Source of the DNA: a virus
Direction: 5' to 3' (one strand)
Virus record (IMG/VR): IMGVR_UViG_3300032297_000199
Span: 18,345-82,344 of that record
Length of the DNA: 64,000 nt
The position numbers were made by a program, and so were the translations under genes. The notes beneath the pieces are model-generated. The model was not told where the DNA came from. It worked only from the letters and a program-made list of their open reading frames with translations, and did not search any database. Shown one piece after another: positions 26,758 through 36,241 of this stretch (position 1 is the first letter of the stretch; each line of letters begins with the position of its first letter).

Positions 26758-29700
26758 TTATAATCCAGCTTTAATATCGCCAGTGTTCTTCAAGCGTAGT
26801 GGAATATAAATGAATTCCACTGCCTTGACAGGTTCAACAGCAATGTCTAGCCACAACTCAGAGCGATCAACTCTAGTCGGTGTATTGTTGCTTTCGTCAC
26901 AAACTACTAGGTAGTCGTATAAAGCTCTCTTGCCTACTAATTCTAATAAGAAACTATCAGCTGCTGCTTTAATTTCGTTACGAGTAATCTTGTCATTAGG
27001 TTCAAATAGGAACGGCTTAACTAGTAAACTCAATTGTCTGCGTAAGTAGCACACTAAACGAGCAACATTAATACGATCTAATGCACTAGCGTTTCTAGCA
27101 CGAGTGTACTGACCAAAGTTAACAATGCCTGCACCAGGTAGTGTAGCAATAGGATTAATCTTAGCAACTGCCATTACATCACGAATACTTTGTGGTAATG
27201 CAGCTCGCTTAAACTCACCGTCTTGAATATAACCAACTGCTGTGGCATTATCAACACCACCTCGGCGTGTACCAGCTGGTGCAAACCATTCGTAGCTTTG
27301 TTGATCACTAATAGCAATTGTTCTTAGCATCATATGGCTAGGAGGAACAACAATATAGTTTCCTGTATTGTCATTTGTGTAACCACTAGGGTAGAACATA
27401 GCCATATATTCGTCGTAACTTACAGAACCAGTGTCATTGTTATCTAGTGCGCCATTTGTATTGTCGCCCCACTCTTTCAATGCTGTGCCGGTTGCTGGCA
27501 ATCTAAACGGAGTGTCGCCAACTACGAACGCAGTTTGACCACGGTCCACATTGAATGCAACCATATTTTGAATTGCTTCTGGATAACCAGGTGCTGCAAT
27601 CAAATTAAAGATAACAGTATCTGTGTCACGAATAGATTGATTTGTATCAATTGTAGACTTTAGTCCAGCAACAATAAATCCTCGCTGTGCATGGCGACCA
27701 AATGATCCAGAGCCATCAGCAGCATTAGGACTTACACTAATCCAACGATCTGCAACATAGGCAGTTGTATTATTAGAACCATCCATTTGCTCGTCATTAT
27801 AACGACTGTTTTGACCGTTATTTGCATTAATGTTAATATGATTTTTTACATATTTTTTAACATTGAATCCAGAACGGCGTAGATTCCATAGCTTCATACC
27901 ACGAGGATATAATGCTGGATCCGGTGCGTCAGGATCGACATAGTCACTTAACAATAGATCAGCAATGTCGCTTGCCGCTGTTGTAGTTCCTGCGGTTGCC
28001 CAACGAGCATCAGCAAACAACCAACCATTTGGAGTTGTTTGATCAGTAACATCTTGTACTACCCACTTGCCGCCTGTGCGAACATAAATTACTTGTCCGT
28101 ATAGTTCAACATCAGCGGTGCTGATCCATAGATCATTATCTACTAAAGGATCGCCTGTGCTTTGTACTGTAGGTTCTGTTGCAGATACTAGAGGACCTGC
28201 TGGATCTGTACTTGGATAAAGTTTTCTATAACCTTTCCATGTAGTTCCATTATGTACCATAATATCAATTTCGTCAGCAACTGAATTATACCATAATTGA
28301 CCGTCTTCTGGATCTGTTGAAGGGCTGTTTGCTTTAGCTTCAAATACTAAAGGTTTCCAGTTACTAGCAACAAAATCTGCGGCGTCTGTGTCGTATTGAC
28401 CTTTATCGTATAGGTTTTTAGTACCAGTCTCTGTGCCGTCTTGTGCTCTTTCCCATGCATCAAATCCTAGTAAACTTGCTAAAGGAGTAGCAGTACCGTC
28501 ATTGAAACGAATCTCTCCACCACGAGCGTGGCTGATTGTTAGAGAAGTAGCATTGCCGTTTGTATCATAAGTAGTTGCCGCGGCAGTTACATAAGTTAAA
28601 CCAGCATTATTAATCTCTGTAATAATTGTGTCAAGAGTATCAGCGGCTGCTAGACTAATTGTAGCATAAGAACTATAGTCAGCAATACCGTTAGTACTAG
28701 TTTCTAGACCTTCCTTAATTTGGAAAGTTGAAGTTGTAGTAATTGTTGCTGTAGTAGTAATTGATTTAACTTTAGTTGCACCGGTAGCAGTTCTACGGAA
28801 TAATTTGAAATTAGCCAATTGCGGACTAGTTTCGTTTTCACCTGTACCGTGATCATAATTCTGTTCTACATATACGCTACCAACAGGAATGTCGCCTGTG
28901 GCATTAATACTGTTAATAGCAGTTTGATGATCAGCGTAAATTGGAGCTCTTACAGAATTCCAAACTTGTGAGCCTGCGCTGTATACTTTAACTGCCCAGT
29001 TTGCACCAAAGTTAGGATTTGTTGTTTTAATGTATGCAGATCCTGTAGGAGCATCAGTGAAATCAGGATACTTAGTGTGTGGTCCTTGAGACAAAGAAAC
29101 ACCAGTATAAGTACCGGCTGTTAAACCAAGTGTAGTTAGCATTCCTGCGCCGCCAGAGTCAGCAGCAATTTTAATCTTGCCGTCTTTTGTAGTGCTGCCC
29201 CCGTTAGATCTAGCAGAAGCATCTGCATAAATTTCTAAGTAGCCGCTTGCGTTAACTTTAGCACCGAAACCTTTTGTACGGCCTGCTGTATTAATAGCAG
29301 TTGCCATAGCTGTAATACTTGTACCACTAATAGTACATGTTTCGCCGTTAACAGCAATAGCTTGACCAGTAGTTAATACTGGGTTAGCTCTTGTAGATGT
29401 TACTACAGGGAAACTTGTCTGCCATGAGCTAGACTTAAATGTAGCAGTAGCATTAAAGTTAGTTTCTGAATTAGATCCTACTTCAACCCAGTTACCATCT
29501 TTATTTTTATACCAGACTCCAATCATGTTGTCGCTGGTTGCAAGAACTGCATAAGTGCCGTTAGCTCCAAAACTGGATCTAGGCAGGCCGCCTGATATTA
29601 CAACATTTACATTATCGTTATCAATAATTGCCGGAATCTTGTTAGTAAATGCGCCTGTGGTCTTATTCCACTCAAAAATACCAAATTTAGTATTAGATGT

Positions 29701-30114
29701 GTCTAACCAATATGTACCGTCAACTGCTTGGCCTTCTGGCTCACTAGCTTGTGGTAGTAATGATCCTAGGTCTAAGTCTGCACGAACAATATAGGCCTTA
29801 CTGCTAACACCTAGTAAGCTGTAAGCTGCTTGTAAACCATATTCATTTAACTCGCCGCCGTTGACAGGATTGCCACTTGCGTCTGTATAGAATATTGGTG
29901 TGCCAAATGTATCGGTAAGATCTCGTTGGCTTGTAATCAGCCATACTTTACCTGCGTTTGCAGGAGCTGTTCCTGCTGCTGTAGCTGTGCCACTAGCATT
30001 TGATTTGTTTGATGCGCTTGCAACAACGATTAACGGTACAGTGGACGGTGCCGCTGGTAAGTAAAAACTCTCGTCAACTACGGTTACTTGTACGCCTGGT
30101 GAATTTAAAGCCAT
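26758..30114 (-). CDS. Tail sheath protein (gp18-like), 1118 aa
   Basis: SPGVQVTVVDES N-terminus, WFAPAG.RRG, INP, DRINVARL, FEPND..TR, P.KAVEFI. Start set at ATG 30114 (GGAG RBS). Confidence 0.93.
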   Translation of the reverse strand: MALNSPGVQVTVVDESFYLPAAPSTVPLIVVASASNKSNASGTATAAGTAPANAGKVWLITSQRDLTDTFGTPIFYTDASGNPVNGGELNEYGLQAAYSLLGVSSKAYIVRADLDLGSLLPQASEPEGQAVDGTYWLDTSNTKFGIFEWNKTTGAFTNKIPAIIDNDNVNVVISGGLPRSSFGANGTYAVLATSDNMIGVWYKNKDGNWVEVGSNSETNFNATATFKSSSWQTSFPVVTSTRANPVLTTGQAIAVNGETCTISGTSITAMATAINTAGRTKGFGAKVNASGYLEIYADASARSNGGSTTKDGKIKIAADSGGAGMLTTLGLTAGTYTGVSLSQGPHTKYPDFTDAPTGSAYIKTTNPNFGANWAVKVYSAGSQVWNSVRAPIYADHQTAINSINATGDIPVGSVYVEQNYDHGTGENETSPQLANFKLFRRTATGATKVKSITTTATITTTSTFQIKEGLETSTNGIADYSSYATISLAAADTLDTIITEINNAGLTYVTAAATTYDTNGNATSLTISHARGGEIRFNDGTATPLASLLGFDAWERAQDGTETGTKNLYDKGQYDTDAADFVASNWKPLVFEAKANSPSTDPEDGQLWYNSVADEIDIMVHNGTTWKGYRKLYPSTDPAGPLVSATEPTVQSTGDPLVDNDLWISTADVELYGQVIYVRTGGKWVVQDVTDQTTPNGWLFADARWATAGTTTAASDIADLLLSDYVDPDAPDPALYPRGMKLWNLRRSGFNVKKYVKNHININANNGQNSRYNDEQMDGSNNTTAYVADRWISVSPNAADGSGSFGRHAQRGFIVAGLKSTIDTNQSIRDTDTVIFNLIAAPGYPEAIQNMVAFNVDRGQTAFVVGDTPFRLPATGTALKEWGDNTNGALDNNDTGSVSYDEYMAMFYPSGYTNDNTGNYIVVPPSHMMLRTIAISDQQSYEWFAPAGTRRGGVDNATAVGYIQDGEFKRAALPQSIRDVMAVAKINPIATLPGAGIVNFGQYTRARNASALDRINVARLVCYLRRQLSLLVKPFLFEPNDKITRNEIKAAADSFLLELVGKRALYDYLVVCDESNNTPTRVDRSELWLDIAVEPVKAVEFIYIPLRLKNTGDIKAGL

Positions 30115-30217
30115 TTTGCAATTCTCCCCATTAAATGGATTATTACAACTATTTAGTGCCAATGGTAAAAAATAGCGGTGTTAAATACCATTGAAAAGGG
30201 CAACAAAAAGGGCGGTT

Positions 30218-30553
30218 ATGAGAGATATTTGTAAAAAATGCAATTCTAAGCCAGTAGCAATTAATTATCGTAAAGGTGATCGTGTATTTTATAGGTCAAT
30301 GTGTGATCATTGTGCTAGAGGGTACAAAGAAACAAGGCCTCTATGGGCCTTGTCAGGGTATAAGAAAAAGACTGAATGTGACAAGTGCGGATTTACAAGC
30401 AAATTTCAAGAACAGTTTGATGTCTACTGTGTAGACGGAGATTTAACTAATAATAGATATGCTAATCTCAAAACTGTATGTGCTAACTGTCAACGAGTTC
30501 TTTATAAAGATAAAGTTAAGTGGAAACAGGGAGGTCTTCGACCAGATTTCTAA
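30218..30553 (+). CDS. Zn-ribbon/HNH-like protein (degenerate)
   Basis: Four CxxC pairs; DVYCVDGDLTNNRYANLKTVCANC is an HNH-like motif lacking His. Confidence 0.7.
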   Translation: MRDICKKCNSKPVAINYRKGDRVFYRSMCDHCARGYKETRPLWALSGYKKKTECDKCGFTSKFQEQFDVYCVDGDLTNNRYANLKTVCANCQRVLYKDKVKWKQGGLRPDF

Positions 30554-31163
30554 TCTGTGCAAACAGATCATCTATAGTTGTATTATTGTTTACAATGTGA
30601 TCAATGTCGCCACCTACCCATGCTGTTTCACTAGCGTGAATACCTAACTGCTCTAGTCGCCTGCGACCGATACTCCATCCAATTGTTTGAGGTCCTGAAT
30701 TAGCATTTACTGCGTCTTGGTACCATTCAGGATCTTCGCCTCTCTTTACACGAACTACAATACCGCCTGCGTTATGAATTGCTTTAATTTCATTAGGAAA
30801 ACGAACATCGCTAATGACAATATTATCAGCAGTTTTACGCATTTTATTTTCTACTGAAGCAATCCATATGTCGTCATGAAATCCTTTACGACAGACTTCA
30901 GTTCCCCATCGCTGTAAAACCCATCGAGGAGTTAGCTCTGGAATGCCCAATCGTGTCGCCCACCACTGATCTACTTGTTCTCGCCACTTACGGGCTTCGG
31001 CTGTACGACCCTCTAACATGATTCTATCCCAACCGAATACTGCGGCAACAGCATCTTTAAGGGTATTTGCAAATGAGTCTCGACGGAATTCGTGAAAGTT
31101 AACCAAATAATCTGCGGCAGTGTCTTTGCCAGAGCCAATAAAACCAACGAATCCAATAATCAT
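30516..31163 (-). CDS. Deoxynucleoside monophosphate kinase (T4 gp1-like)
   Basis: GFIGSGKDT P-loop, FANTLKD, PRWVLQRWGTE..R, SDVRFPNE. Confidence 0.9.
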   Translation of the reverse strand: MIIGFVGFIGSGKDTAADYLVNFHEFRRDSFANTLKDAVAAVFGWDRIMLEGRTAEARKWREQVDQWWATRLGIPELTPRWVLQRWGTEVCRKGFHDDIWIASVENKMRKTADNIVISDVRFPNEIKAIHNAGGIVVRVKRGEDPEWYQDAVNANSGPQTIGWSIGRRRLEQLGIHASETAWVGGDIDHIVNNNTTIDDLFAQIRNLVEDLPVST

Positions 31164-31180
31164 AGCATCTCCTGGGATAC

Positions 31181-31212
31181 TATAATTTACTATAATTCTG
31201 TATAATTGTCAA
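31181..31212 (-). promoter_or_regulatory. Sigma70-type promoter overlapped by three TATAATT direct repeats
   Basis: TTGACA-N17-TAAATT on minus; TATAATT at 31181, 31191 and 31201 on plus. Confidence 0.7.
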
Positions 31213-31220
31213 TATTTTTA

Positions 31221-31979
31221 TTAGCCAATTACAAAAGTTAGTGGTTGTGCGCCATCTTTGTAATTGATTAGGTCTTGCTCTAGCATTTCCATTTCGGCTT
31301 TGCCTTCTGCTTTTAGAGCAGTACCATTTAAGCTAGTTCCACCTTGTGGACTAGCAATAGTATTAAACTTTTCACGAGCTTCACCTAGCATTAGTTTGCT
31401 AGTTGCAAGTGCGTAATCTCTAAGCCACTGACCGGCATAGTTGTCTTGAAACAGGATATAATCAGGTTTATGATTGTACATCCATAATAGCACATTTTCT
31501 TCACCTCTGGGGCGTTGTGTAATTCTTAACTTTTTAGTTGTTGGATTAAAATCAAAGTTAATAAAAGATCCGAACATTTTACCGACTTCTTTTTGGTAGC
31601 TAGCAAACATCATATATGTTGCTAGACCGCCCATGTTTGTAGAACTTAGCAAATATGTATTAGAGTATGCCAAGTTGAACGGCTCAAACAGTGTGCCGCC
31701 ATCGCCGCCGCCAGATCTACTACCAATACTTCGTCTAAAAACTTGTCTAACTTGCATAACTTCAGGAGCAAGAGTGTACTCGTTAACATCAGTTTGCAAT
31801 GTTAAGAAGCCGAAGCTTTCTTCTACACTGTTTTGACTGCGCTGACGATACTTTCGTAGTGCTCGGTCAATAGCTGTATTATAGTGTGCAGGGTCTAGTT
31901 CGACATCGACCATACCATCGCCCAGCATGGTTCTTACATACTCGACTACTTTTTGCTTTTCGGTTTCAAGTTCGTTCAT
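31221..31979 (-). CDS. Neck protein (gp13-like head-tail adaptor)
   Basis: LG...VDVEL, W.RDYA.A..K..LG..R.KF, GG.SLNG. Start set at ATG 31979 (TAAATA-N5). Confidence 0.85.
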   Translation of the reverse strand: MNELETEKQKVVEYVRTMLGDGMVDVELDPAHYNTAIDRALRKYRQRSQNSVEESFGFLTLQTDVNEYTLAPEVMQVRQVFRRSIGSRSGGGDGGTLFEPFNLAYSNTYLLSSTNMGGLATYMMFASYQKEVGKMFGSFINFDFNPTTKKLRITQRPRGEENVLLWMYNHKPDYILFQDNYAGQWLRDYALATSKLMLGEAREKFNTIASPQGGTSLNGTALKAEGKAEMEMLEQDLINYKDGAQPLTFVIG

Positions 31980-32006
31980 ACAATTATTTACCATAAATAT
32001 AAGACT
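31980..32006. promoter_or_regulatory. Back-to-back TAAATA late-type promoters
   Basis: TATTTA-CCA-TAAATA, 5 and 7 nt from the divergent ATGs. Confidence 0.75.
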
Positions 32007-33209
32007 ATGCCAAGACTCTCTTTATACCGTCCCGAAAAGGGAAACGATTTCCGCTTCTTAGATCGTTCTATTAACGAGCAATTTCAAGTGGGCGGAACCG
32101 ACATTTTTGTCCACAAATACCTAGGACCAGTAGATCCTGCAGAAGGAGAAGCTACTCCCTCAACTCCAATTAATGGATCAGAAGTAGGAGAATTAGGTAT
32201 TCAAGACATACTGTTTATGGAAAACAGAGACCGTAAGTATGCTCCGGACATATACAGTGTTAGAGGCATTTATACAATGCAAGACTTAGACTTTAATCTA
32301 AGTCAATTTGGATTCTTTTTGGCCAACGATAATGTCATGATCACATTTCATCTAAGAAATTGCGTTGATACACTGGGCCGCAAGTTAATGGCGGGCGATG
32401 TATTAGAGCTTCCTCATTTAAAAGATGAATATGCGCTCGGCGATAGTATGCTGGCTCTTAAACGATTTTATGTAGTAACTGATGTTGCAAGAGCCGCAAC
32501 CGGATATAGTCAGACTTGGTATCCGCACTTAATTCGTGCCAAGTGTGAACCACTAATTGACAGTCAAGAATTTAAACAGATTCTTGACGGTGATGCAGGT
32601 GATGGCGAAAACAGTCTTAGAGATGTGCTGTCAATGTATCAAATGAATTTAAAAATTAACGATCAAATCCTTGCTCAGGCAGAAGCTGATGCTCCTACTA
32701 GCGGATATGATACTGCTCATTTCTATGTAATGCCGTTAAAAGAAGATGGTACATTAGACATTCAAGATACTAGTGACGAAACTAGAGATGCTAGCGAAGA
32801 CGACCATACGGTAGACGCTAGTTCTATCCTTGCTACACCTGATAAAAATGTCTATGTAGGATACTTAACAGGAGATGCAATACCTCCAAACGGTGCTCCT
32901 TACTCAGTTGGCGTAGAATTTCCAGCTCTTCCTACAAAAAATGCATATCATTTAAGAACAGACTACATGCCTAATAGGTTATTCAAATTTGATGGTAAGC
33001 GTTGGGTATTCATTGAAAAGAATATTAAGATGAATATGACTAACTTGCCTACAGATGGGGCGCCTGTTCCTAATAGTCAGTCTCAGCAATCATATGTTAC
33101 TAGCTTTGTTAATAATAGTACCACAGCAACAATTGCTGGCAAGGTCGTTGAAGAAAGACAGGCATTATCTAAAGTATTAAAGAAGAATAAAATTCAAGCT
33201 GATAATTAA
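32007..33209 (+). CDS. Neck/head-closure protein (gp14-like)
   Basis: LSQFG, GDVLELP and position between gp13-like and gp15-like genes. Start set at ATG 32007. Confidence 0.7.
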   Translation: MPRLSLYRPEKGNDFRFLDRSINEQFQVGGTDIFVHKYLGPVDPAEGEATPSTPINGSEVGELGIQDILFMENRDRKYAPDIYSVRGIYTMQDLDFNLSQFGFFLANDNVMITFHLRNCVDTLGRKLMAGDVLELPHLKDEYALGDSMLALKRFYVVTDVARAATGYSQTWYPHLIRAKCEPLIDSQEFKQILDGDAGDGENSLRDVLSMYQMNLKINDQILAQAEADAPTSGYDTAHFYVMPLKEDGTLDIQDTSDETRDASEDDHTVDASSILATPDKNVYVGYLTGDAIPPNGAPYSVGVEFPALPTKNAYHLRTDYMPNRLFKFDGKRWVFIEKNIKMNMTNLPTDGAPVPNSQSQQSYVTSFVNNSTTATIAGKVVEERQALSKVLKKNKIQADN

Positions 33210-33222
33210 AATGGAGGCTTAT

Positions 33223-33375
33223 ATGGACGATTTTGAAAACTATAAAAGATTCACATCTAAATGTAAATGCGGTTGCCCTGCACATTGTGAGCACGGTTGT
33301 AACAAATGCGAGTATTGCCCAGACTGCGAATGTTTGGAATGCCAGGAACTAGATAAAAGCAGAGGCTATAATTAA
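33223..33375 (+). CDS. 50-aa Cys-rich metallothionein-like protein (not in ORF track)
   Basis: MDDFENYKRFTSKCKCGCPAHCEHGCNKCEYCPDCECLECQELDKSRGYN; GGAGG RBS; TAATG coupling to the next gene. Confidence 0.75.
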   Translation: MDDFENYKRFTSKCKCGCPAHCEHGCNKCEYCPDCECLECQELDKSRGYN

Positions 33376-34829
33376 TGGAACATTTTTATGATGGGCAGAT
33401 ACGAAGATATCTAAACCAGTTCATGCGACTAATGAGTAACTTTACTGTTAAAGACGGTAGAGGAAATCTAACAAGAATCCCTGTTAGATACGGAGATATG
33501 AATCGACAAGTCGCTAGCGTAATGAAAAAGAACAGTGAAAACATTCTTAACTCTGCTCCTTTCATTGCTTGTTATATCAAGGGTTTAGATTTAGCCCGTG
33601 ATAGATTACAAGACCCTAGTTTTGTAAGCAAAATGAACATTAGAGAGCGACAGTGGGAGTATGTAGATGAGAATCCTGATAGTCCAACCTACGGCGAAAC
33701 TATTCAAGACTACGGAAATACTCAAGGAGAGAACTATACCGTTGAAAGACTAATGCCTACTCCGTTTAATTTGCAATTTACAGCAGATATATGGACAACA
33801 AACACTGATCAAAAGTTACAAATTTTAGAACAAATTCTAGTGTTGTTTAGACCAGCATTGGAAATTCAAACAACTAGCAACTATATTGACTGGACAAGTT
33901 TAAGCTATGTAGAGTTAGCCAGCATTAACTGGTCTAGTAGAAACATTCCGCAAGGCACAGAAAACGATATTGACATTGCTAACTTATCTTTTACATGTCC
34001 TATTTGGATTAGCACTCCTGCTAAAGTTAAAAAGCTAGGAATTATTACTAAAATTATTGCCAACATTTTTACAGAACCAGAAGGTACTGTAGGCAACGGT
34101 GAGTTAATATTCGGTAATCCTAACAGCCAGGTAATTGTAACACCAGGTAATTTTTCATTATTAATAACTGATAACATAGCAAGGCTAGTTAAAAGCACAA
34201 ATATCATTAAAGGCGATGGTTTCACTGAAGTTATCACCAAGGCAGGTGTTAGAGCAAGCTGGCAAACTTTGATAGATCTGTATCCTGGACAATTTAGAAC
34301 AGGATTAAGTTATATTGAAATCACAAAACCCGACGGCGAAGTAGTCATTGGTTATCTAAATTTAAGTCCCATTGACGAAGATCAAATGGAGTTTATGAAT
34401 ATTTCCTTTGACGGTGAAACATTATTAAACACTGATATTGCAGATTTAGACAACACATACACTAGAGGAACTGTTAATGCAGTAATTGATCCTACTACTT
34501 TTAATCCAGGTATTCCGTCAGTGGATACAAGATATTTGATATTAGAGGATATTAATACAGACACTACTATCGACGAAGAAGATATGCCAGTTGCATGGAA
34601 AAAGTTTGGAGCAGGTGATGCAACTACTACGCGATTTGTAGCACATACTAACGATATCATTCAATGGGATGGGGTGCAGTGGAATGTTATCTTCGATTCT
34701 CAGACATCTACAGAAGTCATTTATATAACTAATGCTTATACAGGAACACAATACAAATGGGACGGAACAGAATGGTCCAAGAGTGTTGATGGTGAATATA
34801 CCCCTGGTCAATGGCGTTTAGTTTTATGA
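33375..34829 (+). CDS. Tail completion/sheath stabilizer (gp15-like) with C-terminal extension
   Basis: FYD.QIRRY...F, IPVRYG, PTPFNL, QILEQI...F.P. Confidence 0.8.
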   Translation: MEHFYDGQIRRYLNQFMRLMSNFTVKDGRGNLTRIPVRYGDMNRQVASVMKKNSENILNSAPFIACYIKGLDLARDRLQDPSFVSKMNIRERQWEYVDENPDSPTYGETIQDYGNTQGENYTVERLMPTPFNLQFTADIWTTNTDQKLQILEQILVLFRPALEIQTTSNYIDWTSLSYVELASINWSSRNIPQGTENDIDIANLSFTCPIWISTPAKVKKLGIITKIIANIFTEPEGTVGNGELIFGNPNSQVIVTPGNFSLLITDNIARLVKSTNIIKGDGFTEVITKAGVRASWQTLIDLYPGQFRTGLSYIEITKPDGEVVIGYLNLSPIDEDQMEFMNISFDGETLLNTDIADLDNTYTRGTVNAVIDPTTFNPGIPSVDTRYLILEDINTDTTIDEEDMPVAWKKFGAGDATTTRFVAHTNDIIQWDGVQWNVIFDSQTSTEVIYITNAYTGTQYKWDGTEWSKSVDGEYTPGQWRLVL

Positions 34830-35254
34830 CATCAAAAAGAGATATTGTTTGCAGCGGTGGATTTTTCTTAGCTAAAGATACAAAAAGATTTCTTTTCTTA
34901 TTAAGGAATCAAGGGAAGACTGCTGGTACTTGGGGATTAGTAGGCGGAAAAGTTGAGAATAAAGAAACACCTGCAGAAGCTCTTATTCGTGAAATACAGG
35001 AAGAAGTTGGCGCTGTTGATTATAAAAAAATAATTCCACTAGAATTATTCACAAGTGAAGACCAACACTTCTTTTTTAATACCTATGTAATTTTAGTAGA
35101 GAATGAATTCATTCCTACGCTAAATGACGAACATGTAGGCTATGCATGGTGCAGTTACAATCAATGGCCTAAGCCGCTACACCAAGGCGTGAAAAGAAGT
35201 TTGTCAAACAAGACAAACAAAACAAAATTGGAATTGATTTTAGATCTTATCTAA
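34826..35254 (+). CDS. NUDIX hydrolase
   Basis: Nudix box GGKVENKETPAEALIREIQEEVG. Start set at the ATGA overlap (34826). Confidence 0.92.
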   Translation: MTSKRDIVCSGGFFLAKDTKRFLFLLRNQGKTAGTWGLVGGKVENKETPAEALIREIQEEVGAVDYKKIIPLELFTSEDQHFFFNTYVILVENEFIPTLNDEHVGYAWCSYNQWPKPLHQGVKRSLSNKTNKTKLELILDLI

Positions 35255-35584
35255 TTACCAAGGGCGTGCTAGTTGCGCCACTGATGGTTCGATCTGTTGA
35301 AGGACTTGAGTTTCTAAGTTCTGCTTAAATGTAGAAATAGTCTCTTCGCCTAGAGCTTGAAATACCATTTGTTCAACAGCCGGTTGTGTTAGTTGATTAA
35401 ACGGCACAAATGTCAATGGATCTGGCTCACTTAGCCCAACATTTCCAAAATATTGGGCGCCGTGACCATCTTCATCAGTTGCCGATAATATAAATTCTAT
35501 ATTATAAACAACATTGCTTAACTCATTTAATACAGGATGAGCTAAAAATCTACCAAATTCCCAAGTATAGGTTATTACTGGCAT
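35255..35584 (-). CDS. Small fibre-associated protein, paralog A
   Basis: TYTW...VV..I.F...ATD...FVPF.QLT pattern shared with two neighbours. Confidence 0.7.
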   Translation of the reverse strand: MPVITYTWEFGRFLAHPVLNELSNVVYNIEFILSATDEDGHGAQYFGNVGLSEPDPLTFVPFNQLTQPAVEQMVFQALGEETISTFKQNLETQVLQQIEPSVAQLARPW

Positions 35585-35586
35585 TA

Positions 35587-35964
35587 TTATAATCCTGGAT
35601 CACCTGCCACAAAATCGCCGGGCATTTCTGGAATCACTGAACTAGAAGTTGTATTAGTCTGAGGGGTTGCGTCAGGTAAGAAGCTTCGTGTGTAAGTGTT
35701 AGGTAAAATGCTTGCTTCAATAGCAGGAACATTTAACCAAACTTTAACCCATTCTAAAATTTGCTCTTTAGTAACTTCTTCGTACGGAACAAAATCTGGT
35801 CCTATATTACTAACTGGAAGTTCTTGAACGCCGATCATATCTTTGGTTCTTGCACCATCTGTTGCTGTACATTTCCAGACAACACGATATACAACATGTT
35901 CTTGATCTCCATGTTCTGCAATAACATCGATGCTTTGCACATCCCATTCATAAGTAACGGCCAT
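35587..35964 (-). CDS. Small fibre-associated protein, paralog B
   Basis: TYEW...VV..V.W...ATD...FVPYEEVT...LEWV; AGGAG RBS and TAAATA. Confidence 0.7.
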   Translation of the reverse strand: MAVTYEWDVQSIDVIAEHGDQEHVVYRVVWKCTATDGARTKDMIGVQELPVSNIGPDFVPYEEVTKEQILEWVKVWLNVPAIEASILPNTYTRSFLPDATPQTNTTSSSVIPEMPGDFVAGDPGL

Positions 35965-35987
35965 AAACTAATCTCCTAATGTACTAT

Positions 35988-36206
35988 TTATTGTACAGAG
36001 TTAACATTTACACCGTCTAAATTACCATTTGGCGGTGTAGATTTTTGCATTTCTTGAATTTGTGCAGATGCTTGGATTCTAACTGTATCAACTAATTGAG
36101 CTGATGTTTCGTATGGTAACTTTACCAAACCCATCATAATTACATTGATTTCGTCAATGGTAAATTCAAGATTAATTTTTTGTTGTTGTGGTTGCTGATT
36201 TTGCAT
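35988..36206 (-). CDS. Small hypothetical protein (fibre-assembly-like)
   Basis: TATAAATA plus AGGAG RBS; L.KLPY.....LV..VR.QA. Confidence 0.7.
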   Translation of the reverse strand: MQNQQPQQQKINLEFTIDEINVIMMGLVKLPYETSAQLVDTVRIQASAQIQEMQKSTPPNGNLDGVNVNSVQ

Positions 36207-36241
36207 AATAAATCTCCTATGATATTATTTATATAGGTATA

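Noticed and set aside
30115-30162. Upstream in-frame extension of the sheath that repeats MALNS
   Set aside because: It starts at TTG, overlaps the TAAATA promoter, and its codons differ from the real start. The GGAG RBS points to 30114, so this is probably coincidence.
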